NCBI GenBank assembly: GCA_963703955.1
Contig: CAVPGK010000006.1
Span: 96,001 to 160,000 of the forward strand
From: Nitrospirota bacterium
Lineage (GTDB): Bacteria; Nitrospirota; Nitrospiria; Nitrospirales; Nitrospiraceae
Reading direction: 5' to 3'
Length of the DNA: 64,000 nt
The notes under the pieces were generated by a model. The model did no database searches and was not told the origin of the DNA. It worked only from the letters and a program-made list of their open reading frames with translations. Position numbers and translations under genes: made by a program. This document shows, in pieces, positions 50,492-60,138 of the stretch; position 1 is the stretch's first letter, and each line of letters starts with the position of its first letter.

Positions 50492-51739
50492 ATGGCGAAC
50501 CCTGAGCACCTTAGCCGTCTGATAAGCGATATAGCGATTTGGAACCAGTGGAGAGGGGACAACCCTGACATCCGGCCAGACCTCCAGGCGGCGGATCTCT
50601 GCGAGGCGGACCTCCGTGGGGCGTATCTCCACGCAGCGTACCTCCAGGCGGCGGACCTCCGCGAGGCGAACCTCCGTGGGGCGGACCTTACCGGGGCGCA
50701 CCTCAGCGGAGCGAACCTCCAGTATGCGCGCCTCTGCGAGGCGCACCTCAGCGGTGCGCACCTCAGCGGGGCGAACCTCCAGTATGCGAACCTTCAGAGT
50801 GTGACCCTCAGCGGGACGAACGTCAGCTGGGGCGAACCTCAGACGGGCGGACCTCAGCAGGGCCCACCTCAACAGGGTGGACCTCGGAGGGCCGACCTCA
50901 ACGGGGCGCACCTCCACAGGGCGAACCTCACCGAGGCGGACCTCGGCAGGGCCGACCTCGGGAGGGCCGACCTGAGCAAGGCGAACCTCAGTGGGGCGAA
51001 CCTCAGCGGGGCGAACCTCAGACGGGCGGACCTCAGCGACGGGGACCTCAGAGGGGCGGACTTGACCGCTGCTAGGCTTGAGCACGCAATCCTTATAGGT
51101 GCGACGTGCGATAAGGCTATCTTTACAGGGTGCCGAGTCCACGGCCTCTCTGCCTGGGACTTACGACTTGCGGACACACAGCAGACCAATCTCATTATTA
51201 CCGCGTGGGGAGAGCCCGAGATTATCGTTGACAGCCTCGAAGTAGCGCAGTTCATCTGCCTCCTTCTTAAGCAACGCATCAGTCATATCGATGTCACTAC
51301 CTCGAAGGTCGTGTTAATTCTCGGACGCTTTACGCCAGAGCGCACGGTGGTGCTCGAGGCTATCCGGGATCAGTTACGTCGGCGAGACTATCTTCCGGTT
51401 CTCTTCAACTTCGACAAGCCTAGGAGCCCGAGTACGCTTGAAACGATCAACACCCTGGCTGGCTTGGCGCGTTTTGTGATTGCCGACATAACGGATGAGA
51501 AAAGTGTCCTAGAAGAACTCACGATGATCGTCCAGCGCCGACCACTGTTGCCGATTCAGCCTGTACTGCTCGCATCTCAGGAGGAACCGGGCATGTTCGA
51601 TTTCTTTCGTGCCTTTCCATGGTTCTTGAACACTCTTCGATATCGTGAGCAGGAAGAGTTCCTCGAAATGCTCCAGGTCAACGTGATCCTTCCTGCCGAG
51701 GAGAAAGCCAAGGAACTGGCCTCTTCCCAGCGGAAATGA
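50492..51739 (+). CDS. Pentapeptide-repeat protein with C-terminal alpha/beta (TIR-like?) domain
   Basis: A(D/N)Lxx repeats; C-terminal KVVLILGRFTPER…YLPVLFNF…FVIADIT. Confidence 0.9.
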   Translation: MANPEHLSRLISDIAIWNQWRGDNPDIRPDLQAADLCEADLRGAYLHAAYLQAADLREANLRGADLTGAHLSGANLQYARLCEAHLSGAHLSGANLQYANLQSVTLSGTNVSWGEPQTGGPQQGPPQQGGPRRADLNGAHLHRANLTEADLGRADLGRADLSKANLSGANLSGANLRRADLSDGDLRGADLTAARLEHAILIGATCDKAIFTGCRVHGLSAWDLRLADTQQTNLIITAWGEPEIIVDSLEVAQFICLLLKQRISHIDVTTSKVVLILGRFTPERTVVLEAIRDQLRRRDYLPVLFNFDKPRSPSTLETINTLAGLARFVIADITDEKSVLEELTMIVQRRPLLPIQPVLLASQEEPGMFDFFRAFPWFLNTLRYREQEEFLEMLQVNVILPAEEKAKELASSQRK

Positions 51740-52224
51740 TGGACTCTTACCTCAGTTCGCCGTCGGTGCTGACATAGTGTGCCTTTCGGCGTCTTCTACT
51801 TTTGACCTTAGCGTAAGTGTGTCATCGTGCGTGGAAGTAGCGACTACCTTCTCATGCGCGGGCGTATGGTCATCTGGATGACTTGAAGACGAGGATTTTC
51901 TCAATGGGTTGAACGATGACCATCACAGAGTCAGGGTCCATAAAGATCCCCACAGACCTGATCACTTCAGCATCCGAGTAACCGCCGAGGATGTTCCCAT
52001 TGATCCCTTTTGCCCTCTTGGTTGGCGAATGTCTCCACAATCTTCGTGGAACCCTTGACCATCTGGCCTATGCCCTTGCTTCGGCGGCCTAGGCCATCAT
52101 GAAATACTGTTTATTCCTTAGGAAGGGCAACTATCTTGACACTCTATTCAGAGAGGGATATAGCGTGTGCATTTAGATGTATAAGACCCTTAGGCGTAAT
52201 GACCATCACCGGGGGGGGTCTGCC

Positions 52225-52944
52225 ATGAACAAACGGCCCATATTACCTCAATTGGTGACTGCGATATTTGCAACATTCACAATGTTCACTTCAGTGCAAG
52301 CTGACTCCCTCATCTTCAACACCTCCGACAGCCCTTTTGTCCTGGGCCAGGATAACCAAGGGTGGTGGAATTCAGTAACCGGCCATACACAGAACGGCAA
52401 CTATATCGTGGGCGCTCAATCTCAAGCGAGCATCTTCCGAAACTTTTTCACCTTTGACTTATCTTCCCTTACCATCCCAGCCGCAGCGGCCACTCTTGAG
52501 ATACAGCGTTACGGTGCAAACTCATTTGATATGACCGAGACTCTTGGGTTGTTTGACGTGTCCACGTCTGCAGGTACCCTTAATGCCCTAGGGCCGGCTA
52601 ATGCAGCCATCTTCAATGACCTTGGGACCGGTACTAGCTATGGAGCCTTCGACGTGAGCACTGCTGGAAACCCCGCTGACATACTGAGTTTTCCTCTGAA
52701 TAGTGCGGCCGTCGCCGACATTAATGCTGCGGCGGGGGGCTTTTTCTCAATTGGCGGGTCCTTGACTAGTCTGAACGCCATTTTTGCTGGCGATGAAACG
52801 CTTTTTGGAGGGAGTGGCAGCTCAGGGGTGCAGCGCCTTGTGGTAGAAGCTGTCCCTGAACCCGCCACATGGCTCCTTCTTGGAACCGGAATTGGAGGGC
52901 TATGGTGGCGCAGAAGGAAAACCAAGGCTCCACATGAGGCGTGA
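52225..52944 (+). CDS. PEP-CTERM exosortase-substrate protein
   Basis: Signal peptide; VPEPATWLLLGTGIGGLWWRRRK; TTGACA-17-TATAGC at 52136-52164. Confidence 0.92.
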   Translation: MNKRPILPQLVTAIFATFTMFTSVQADSLIFNTSDSPFVLGQDNQGWWNSVTGHTQNGNYIVGAQSQASIFRNFFTFDLSSLTIPAAAATLEIQRYGANSFDMTETLGLFDVSTSAGTLNALGPANAAIFNDLGTGTSYGAFDVSTAGNPADILSFPLNSAAVADINAAAGGFFSIGGSLTSLNAIFAGDETLFGGSGSSGVQRLVVEAVPEPATWLLLGTGIGGLWWRRRKTKAPHEA

Positions 52945-53169
52945 TTTTGGTGTCAAAGATTATTGGATGATGAAAAATGTGATTGATGTGAACCAAAAAA
53001 ATCACCCCTCCATCACCAGAAAAGTTTTCGCATCCGCCTCTCGCTCATTCGTCTCTCTGTTGATCGGATTGTCCGCTACGTATCTCACCCGCCCTCATCA
53101 GAAATGTTAGAGATTCGTTAGCTTTTTTCGGTTCGCCGGTTCTAACGCATTGATCTACTGGAGAGTCTC

Positions 53170-54660
53170 TCACCCCGCCACCCATCCATAGAATCGGTGG
53201 CTCGGCTCGGGACCCTCTTGTTGATAGGTCATCTTGATCCGGCTGAGATAATCAGCCGGTAAGTCGTTACGTGTGGCTTGTACATCGACTCCGAAGATCC
53301 GTGCGGCATTCAGGCCGAATATCTGGGTCTTCACATCGCGGGTGAGGGGACGATACCCCTTTTGTTCAATGAGTCGATCAGGAATGTGGAACCGGCGAAA
53401 GGCCTCGATCTGCCACTGCGGGGTACCGTACCAGATAGAGTCCGTGCCCCAGAGGACGTGATCCGCGCCGAATGCTGAGATGATCTCACCAAGAAGATGC
53501 GCGCAGATTTCCGGATAAGTGATCACCAACTGGCCGAAGGTTGAGCCCAGTTCCATGTAAATGTTGGTGATCCCGGGCTCCGCCTGCTTCATGCGGCAGA
53601 ACTCGCTGGTCCAGGGGATCTGACCTGTTTGAGCGAACACGTCCTCGACTGACGCGGCGCTTCGGAACCCCGAATGGTAGACCAGGAATATGATATCCGG
53701 AAAATCCTTGGCCGCTTGGATCAAATCACGGGGATGGTTATAGTCTTCAACAGGTCCCAAGGGCAGCCCTTTATGAATGCACACGCGTGGGATCTTCAAG
53801 GCTCGCGCCTTCTCCAACATCGGATAGGCGACCTGCTCGTCATTCATCCACCATCCCTGTTCAATCCCCTTTGGTGGCGATCCCGTGTAGCATTTCCAGG
53901 CATCGATCTTCAGTAATCCCGCTTGCATGTCCATGAAATCCAGGTCGGCTCTTCCCAGTTGCGGCGTGACAAGACCATGGGCCAGCATGCGCTGCGACCC
54001 GGTCACTCGATTGATTTCATCGCGGATATGCGCCATCTCTTTCGGCGGGACCACGGCCTCCTGCGGATAGGGCCCGGGGGGCGTGCTGATCAAGGCCAGA
54101 GAGGTTTCACTATCAAGGAACACCTCTTTGACGAAGTTTTCCCAGCCCAGGTCAGCGAGAGTGCCACGATCTTCAGCCAACTTTGGGTTCAGTCCTCCTT
54201 CGCGTGCCCGTTTGCGGAGCCCCAGGATGGCCTGCTTGGTAACCGCGCCCTTGCGCCTCATCTCTGCATCGTTCGGATCATATCCCGCGGCGACGTAGTG
54301 TGTTTGGACATCGAAAATAAAAAAAGCCTCACCTTGCCGTTCGTGGAAAGCCGCGGCCTCCGCCATCTCGATCTGCTGCACATCAAAAAACTTGCCGAAC
54401 ACAGCATTCATCGCCAATAGAGCGGCCGCCATGCCGCCGGTCCTTATGAGAAAATCGCGGCGGGTGATTCCCAGCTTCCGGCTCGCGCGCTCCGCGATTG
54501 AATCTATCAGGGATTCAACATGGGCCTGCGCTTCCGTTTGCGGCGGCGGGAGAAACTCTTCATTGGAGACAATACGGGTCGGGAGAGGCGACCGGAAAGT
54601 TCCACCTCGTCGCAGCCCTCTCTTGTGAGGCTTGACCGTCAAGCGAAGATGATGATTCAT
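53170..54660 (-). CDS. Amidohydrolase_2 family protein with Tat-like motif
   Basis: TRRDFL, DVQTH, IHKG, YHSG, WGTDSIW. Confidence 0.88.
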   Translation of the reverse strand: MNHHLRLTVKPHKRGLRRGGTFRSPLPTRIVSNEEFLPPPQTEAQAHVESLIDSIAERASRKLGITRRDFLIRTGGMAAALLAMNAVFGKFFDVQQIEMAEAAAFHERQGEAFFIFDVQTHYVAAGYDPNDAEMRRKGAVTKQAILGLRKRAREGGLNPKLAEDRGTLADLGWENFVKEVFLDSETSLALISTPPGPYPQEAVVPPKEMAHIRDEINRVTGSQRMLAHGLVTPQLGRADLDFMDMQAGLLKIDAWKCYTGSPPKGIEQGWWMNDEQVAYPMLEKARALKIPRVCIHKGLPLGPVEDYNHPRDLIQAAKDFPDIIFLVYHSGFRSAASVEDVFAQTGQIPWTSEFCRMKQAEPGITNIYMELGSTFGQLVITYPEICAHLLGEIISAFGADHVLWGTDSIWYGTPQWQIEAFRRFHIPDRLIEQKGYRPLTRDVKTQIFGLNAARIFGVDVQATRNDLPADYLSRIKMTYQQEGPEPSHRFYGWVAG

Positions 54661-54940
54661 TATGGCCCCTTCCCATCCCGTCTGCGGCGATGAGTAGATT
54701 CTGTGGAAACGGTTCAGCCCTGTCAAGCCATGCAAAGGACACGTGCCCTACGTAATTAGTCCCCGCTTGACGATTCTATCGACGAGGCGCATGCTATTGT
54801 GGCCACGCTGGGAGGCTTGCCATGAATTCGGTAAGTCTTCTCGATCGTTGTTTCAAGAGTCCCTTTTCTGACGCCTTCTTGGGTCGGTGTACCCTGGAAG
54901 GCGTTTTTGTTTGTATGGTTTTCACGAAAGGAGGCGCGCC

Positions 54941-55297
54941 ATGAAAGCATTCTTCATTGCACTGGCCGTCATCATCGGAGTGGGATTCAGTGTTTCTCTT
55001 GCGCTCGGAAACCCGGCCCTGCTCCCGAAGCATCCGGGCTATCCGGCTGGGCAGGCGGTATCCCCCGTGACCGGGCAATCATTGGCCAATGATCCGGGTC
55101 AGACGAATGTGGGAGGAGACAAGGCGCTCTTGGAAGCCGCGGCCTCTGAAGACGCGCATGTGTCCCAACAACTCATGGACCCGGAGGATCAGCGTATCTT
55201 GGAAAAACCCGGTGCGGGCGTACTCCCGAAGGTGCAAGGCCCCCAAATCAAGATTGAACCCCCGGTGAAGGAAGCAACCAAGATGTCGAAACAGTGA
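54941..55297 (+). CDS. Small exported protein
   Basis: AGGAGG RBS, signal peptide, NPALLPKHPGYP. Confidence 0.75.
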   Translation: MKAFFIALAVIIGVGFSVSLALGNPALLPKHPGYPAGQAVSPVTGQSLANDPGQTNVGGDKALLEAAASEDAHVSQQLMDPEDQRILEKPGAGVLPKVQGPQIKIEPPVKEATKMSKQ

Positions 55298-55380
55298 GGG
55301 CAGGGACACGGGAGGGTGCTATGCGGCGCCCTCTCGTGTGATCTTGATGTTGATCGCTGAAACGAACTGGGGGGAGAACG

Positions 55381-58335
55381 TTACTTCGTGAGAAGAGGAA
55401 CGTTGACGTCGAAGGTCGGATCACCGCTATCGTCTTTGCGGTCTCTTCCCACGCTGTACAAGCGACTTTGCGCGACATTCAACAGCATGGGCAGTTCGGT
55501 AAAGGGATCAAAAAATGACGGGCCTGCCTGGGCCACCTTCGCCATGATCTGCTGCTCCAAGGAGATTCCGCGCAGGCGAGCTTGGAGTCCAGCTAATCGG
55601 AGACGCGCATCGGTCTCCATGATCACCCCAATCTGCCGGTCCCACTCAGGCGCGGGCTCGGTGCGGAGCAGATTATCCAGCGGGTTGACAAAGGAATCCA
55701 CTCGACTTCGCGCAGGCGTCCGGGCAAAATCATAGAGCTTCGGAGGGGTAGTACTCCCAGTCTGCGGGCTCTTGATCAGGGCATCATAATACTTGGCATA
55801 GGCATTCAGCGTCCGCTGTTTCGGCACCGGCATCTTTTTCACCGCGATCGTGACGGCGGAGTCGACGTCGGCACGCGCGCGAATCCGGCGCTCCGCTCGT
55901 TTGACTTCCAGCATGAACTCATTTTGCATCGGCCAGCGCAGAGCCCGTTCATCGGGGTCTAACGGACGGGCCAATCTCATCATACGATTCAACGCCCTGT
56001 TCTCCAATGTCCCGCGATTCAAGAGCCCTGACATGACGGAAACGTCGTCCTTGACGGCTTCGGCAGCCATGGACTTCATCGACAGAGTTCGTGCCTGAGC
56101 CAGGACATTTCGCCAAGCCGTGAGGTCAGCTTCCAGTCGGTCGAGCCCTCTGCTGACATCTTGCGAGAAGCCTTCAGCGACATACAGACGGTGGACGCGC
56201 AGAATATGCGCGCAATCTGGGCTTCCCATGTACCCGTATCCCCAGTCGTCAAATGACATGGCGAGCCATTGACGATACCGAGTCAAGGCAACCGACTCCG
56301 AAGCAGTCCATTCACGAAGACGGTCATCTTCATTCTTGAACTCTCCAGCCGGATCGGCGGATCGGAACCAGCCGGAAAGGGGGTATTTCTCTTCTGAACC
56401 CACTTCCGGTTGAGCGCAACTCTCCTCGATCTGGGTCCCAGGGCTGAGCCAGCGATCATGGCCCACCTGTACCGGATCAACCTGAGGGCTGGCGTCGAAG
56501 CCGAGCAGGAGCAAGTACCCATTGGCCTTGGGGTCTTCTAACAGTCGTGGCGCCGTAGTTTTTGTCAGCTCTTGATAGACGCTGTTCGGTTTCTCTTCGA
56601 GGCCTAACCATACGACTGCGGTGATTCCTACGCTAAGCAGAGCCAGGACCGCAAGGCTCGCGCTCACGAACATGATCAGACGGGTCACAGAGCCTGCGGT
56701 CCTGACACACCGTCGGATAAAGATAGACACCTGGAGGCGCACCCACGTGACAAGTGACGGACCGGTTTTGCGACGACGTCTGGGAGGCACCGGCGCGGTT
56801 CGATGTCGGTCGTCTTCCCTGATGGCTGAGGGATGCTCCGCGGGAGCCCTCTGCCCTTCGGTGTAACTGGGCGGGGGGGGTATCGCCGGCGATTGAACCG
56901 AGACCTGCTCCGTCCTTTGGAATGGCTCTACTGGTGCTTCCTGGACGGTCTGTTGAATCGTAATCGGCTCCGTCGGCTCTGGTGAGACCCGCTCGACCGT
57001 CTCCTCCAGCGGCTTCTCGGGTTCCGACGAGACGAGTGGCCGTGGCAGCGGCTCTTCGACGGGCCGTTGGAAGATGTCCGTCTCTTGCAGGGTCGGGGTC
57101 GGGGTTGGTGGCGGGGCCGGGGCTAGGGTTGGTGCCGGCCCCTGCGTGATATCCCTGTTTTCCGTGGATTCGACCGACCTCAGTGCAGGCTCTTCCCCCT
57201 TATCCCAGAAGGGTCTGGCCTCTAGAGCTTCCTCAGACTGATGAGCGGAGCCACTGACAGGGGCAGGCTGAGTTGGCGACAGTCCCTCGGCCACGGAGGC
57301 AGACGGAGGCATTTGGTTGACAGGAGGGAACGGGACTTTTTCCTCAAGATCAGGATTTTCAACGGGAGGTGATTCGGACGTCTCCTGGTCAACCGGTGTG
57401 GCAATTCGCAGAGGCGAGGACACCATCGGTTCATCAGTGGTGATCTCCATGGGAGCGGGCTGGGGAGCCGTTACTCCAGCCACTGTCGCATAGCGCAGGG
57501 GAGGAGAGACCAACGGTGGCTCGGTCATCTCCAGAGGGGACGGCGATGGCGACGCTTCGGTCGTCGCATACCGCAAGGGCGGAATCTCCGTCGGTACCTC
57601 CTCGACTGGTGATGAAGCGCTGGCCTCCTCCGGAGCCGGTGACGGCATCTCAGGCGACTCGAGGTCGACGGCCGAGACAAGCGATTTGGGCAGTACAGTT
57701 GGCTCCTCGACCGACGGGCCTTTGGACTCTACGATCACATCAGATACCGACATGGCCACGGCTGGAGGGGCTTGCGTCACAGCAATAGGCGCCGAAGATG
57801 GCGCAACCGGTATTGCTTCAGATGTGTCACTACCAGAGGAAGAAGCTACCTCAAACTTAGGGGCCAGCCGACCGACGACAAAACTGCCGGGGGCTAACGA
57901 TTTAATTTTGGCGTATAGCTCTCTGGCATGGGATGTTCCGTCGGGATCCGGATCATCGATCAGCACCTTGATTGCCTTCTCATATTCGATCACGGCCGCG
58001 ATCGGATCACCCTTGCGTTCATACACCTCGCCGAGCATTTCAATGAATGGAATGCAGCGTGGACCCACTGCGAGATATTCCCGGAGAAGCGACTCGGCCA
58101 GCGTATAGTCTTGACGTTGAAGGGCTTCCTTCAACAAGGAGTCAAAGGCATTTTTCGCGGTGACCAGGTTACCGAATTTGAGAAGCAGAGTCGCGAGCAG
58201 TCGTCGGCCTTCGTGGTGGGTCGGATCAGCTGCGAGAAGATCTTTCAAAAGGGTAAACGCTCGGCTGAACTTGCCGGCGTTCATTTGTTTCGTCGCTTCT
58301 TCGAGTAAGGATGCGGTCTGGTTACTTTTTTTCAA
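55381..58335 (-). CDS. Large TPR / Pro-rich linker / single-TM / periplasmic-domain protein
   Basis: N-terminal TPRs, long P/E/S/T-rich linker, TM helix, C-terminal DPFT…LYSVG.D..DD.G. Confidence 0.85.
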   Translation of the reverse strand: MKKSNQTASLLEEATKQMNAGKFSRAFTLLKDLLAADPTHHEGRRLLATLLLKFGNLVTAKNAFDSLLKEALQRQDYTLAESLLREYLAVGPRCIPFIEMLGEVYERKGDPIAAVIEYEKAIKVLIDDPDPDGTSHARELYAKIKSLAPGSFVVGRLAPKFEVASSSGSDTSEAIPVAPSSAPIAVTQAPPAVAMSVSDVIVESKGPSVEEPTVLPKSLVSAVDLESPEMPSPAPEEASASSPVEEVPTEIPPLRYATTEASPSPSPLEMTEPPLVSPPLRYATVAGVTAPQPAPMEITTDEPMVSSPLRIATPVDQETSESPPVENPDLEEKVPFPPVNQMPPSASVAEGLSPTQPAPVSGSAHQSEEALEARPFWDKGEEPALRSVESTENRDITQGPAPTLAPAPPPTPTPTLQETDIFQRPVEEPLPRPLVSSEPEKPLEETVERVSPEPTEPITIQQTVQEAPVEPFQRTEQVSVQSPAIPPPPSYTEGQRAPAEHPSAIREDDRHRTAPVPPRRRRKTGPSLVTWVRLQVSIFIRRCVRTAGSVTRLIMFVSASLAVLALLSVGITAVVWLGLEEKPNSVYQELTKTTAPRLLEDPKANGYLLLLGFDASPQVDPVQVGHDRWLSPGTQIEESCAQPEVGSEEKYPLSGWFRSADPAGEFKNEDDRLREWTASESVALTRYRQWLAMSFDDWGYGYMGSPDCAHILRVHRLYVAEGFSQDVSRGLDRLEADLTAWRNVLAQARTLSMKSMAAEAVKDDVSVMSGLLNRGTLENRALNRMMRLARPLDPDERALRWPMQNEFMLEVKRAERRIRARADVDSAVTIAVKKMPVPKQRTLNAYAKYYDALIKSPQTGSTTPPKLYDFARTPARSRVDSFVNPLDNLLRTEPAPEWDRQIGVIMETDARLRLAGLQARLRGISLEQQIMAKVAQAGPSFFDPFTELPMLLNVAQSRLYSVGRDRKDDSGDPTFDVNVPLLTK

Positions 58336-58746
58336 GGTATGCCCCGGCTTTCAAGATCTCCTTTGCAGCACGTAAGTGTAGCACCGGATTGAGATTTCGT
58401 CGAAAAACGATTGGGGAAGACTGGAGGAAACGAACAGCTCGAGTCAGCTAGGCTTGGCCCTGCTTTTGCCCTTTATTGATATCGAATGTTTCACGGATTT
58501 TTCGAGCCAGAACCTCAGGGGTGAAGGGCTTTTGAAGAGGCGATTCCAGGGCTTAGATGAATGACTGCACTCTCGGTGTGTCCGGGCTGTAGAGAACCCT
58601 CATGTCAGAGTGCTCGCTTGCAAACCCTTCCGCCAGTTCTGGTCCGAGAAGGACATCGTCACGCTTCCAGTGATACCTGCGCGATCGACGCGTGGAGGGC
58701 CACAGAGTATACAATCTGTTCCTATTACTCACAGCACGCTTCCTTC

Positions 58747-59064
58747 TCAATTGCGATGCGGAAAGGCGAACCCATCGGGAGATTGCGCTGGAGGATGGAG
58801 AATCATGAATCCTCCGGGGTCCTGATAATCGATCGTCATGCCGTCCATCCGCATCGCACCGCTGGCTTCGATCGCAACGGTGAGCTCGCCATACGTGTAT
58901 ACCTCATCGTCACCATGCGGAGAAGATTCCAGGGTAATGTTCACGGCGAGCCGATGCTCATCGAGATCCTTGAGTGTCAAGCGAACAACAGGATCTTCCG
59001 GATGCTCAGCGAGGAGCGTCTTCAACTTCGCGAGGGCGGAAGGCGTGAGTGTCACATGGTTCAT
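58747..59064 (-). CDS. HesB/IscA-fold protein lacking cysteines
   Basis: VTLTPSA…DDEV…IDY…GF pattern; no Cys in the core. Confidence 0.65.
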   Translation of the reverse strand: MNHVTLTPSALAKLKTLLAEHPEDPVVRLTLKDLDEHRLAVNITLESSPHGDDEVYTYGELTVAIEASGAMRMDGMTIDYQDPGGFMILHPPAQSPDGFAFPHRN

Positions 59065-59372
59065 GTAGATGAAGAGGACTCCGACGACTCCCTCAAGCTC
59101 ACGACGGTATGACTCCAGGTGAAAAGAGGCAGCGTACGGCACGCAGTAAGCACAGAGGTGGAATTTTGCTCTCACGGCCAAGGGCCGCATCTTATCAATG
59201 TTCGATCACCGAGTGGTTCCGAACAAAAGGGGTGGGCTGTGTCCATATCCTCGTACGACCATCGCCCGTCCTCTCACGCTGAAACGAATGCCCCGTTCGG
59301 CCATCAGCCAAGGGTTGGGTTTACCCAGACCACGGCTCACCAAATCGACGCTCCTGGAGGTCTCACCGCCCC

Positions 59373-59822
59373 CTAGGCCGTCGCCCGCTTACTTGCCGAT
59401 CCGACCGGACGTACGCCCTCACGCAGCTCATGGACCTCGGCGACGGTCATTTCACAGGTACCGTTGAACATCACACCTTCTTCGATTGAGAAGACAGGCG
59501 CCTGAACAGAGCCATGAAGCATGGCCGGAGACATCAATCTTACTCGCTGCTTCGCGACCACATCGCCCGTAATTTTCCCTTTGCTGACCACCGTCCCCGC
59601 GGTGATCTTGGCGGAGATGACCGCATCTTCCCCGACAATGAGCACTCCATCAGTATGAATCTCTCCCTCGACTCGTCCGTCGATCCGGACCGTGCCTTCG
59701 TACGTAATCGCGCCCTTAAACTCCACGCCTTTCCCGACGAACGCGATAATCTCCTCATCTTTCCCGCCGGAGGCCATCACACTCTCCTTGGCGGCCTCAT
59801 CCAACTTGTCTTTTCCCCACAT
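59373..59822 (-). CDS. Bactofilin (polymer-forming cytoskeletal protein)
   Basis: GKGVEFKG…RIDG.VEG…IEEGV.FNG.C.M. Confidence 0.92.
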   Translation of the reverse strand: MWGKDKLDEAAKESVMASGGKDEEIIAFVGKGVEFKGAITYEGTVRIDGRVEGEIHTDGVLIVGEDAVISAKITAGTVVSKGKITGDVVAKQRVRLMSPAMLHGSVQAPVFSIEEGVMFNGTCEMTVAEVHELREGVRPVGSASKRATA

Positions 59823-60138
59823 GATAGAACCTCCTTCTGAGTTGGGACAACCTCTGTCCTTACATTAGCTCTTCCGTCGCGACGTCCCGTTCCTCGGACG
59901 CTCTCGTTGCGATTCTCCTCACTACTCCGCGTGCACGTCGTCGAATTCCTTCGCTCTCTATTTCCTCCAGGGACATGAACGATAACGAACTGCCGTGCGG
60001 GTCAGATATAACCGCCGCACCATGCTCTCGCGCGCGCAACATCGGCCGGACCGGATCTCCTTGGGTGACCAGAAAACCGACCTGCTGCAAAGTCTTTTGG
60101 TACATGGGTCACGGCGGGAGAATGAGAGCCTACCACTA

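Larger units (their letters stand above)
46811..53192. mobile_element. Degenerate integrative island bounded by a 24-bp direct repeat
   Basis: CTCACCCCGCtACCCATCCATAGA (46811-46834) vs CTCACCCCGCcACCCATCCATAGA (53169-53192, the 3' end of the amidohydrolase gene); internal integrase stub. Confidence 0.8.

Noticed and set aside
50560..51070. 15-bp-period DNA repeats as a non-coding repeat array
   Set aside because: Fully explained by pentapeptide-repeat coding.
59860..60105. 81-aa ORF between bactofilin and IS5
   Set aside because: No recognisable motif or clear RBS; left uncalled.
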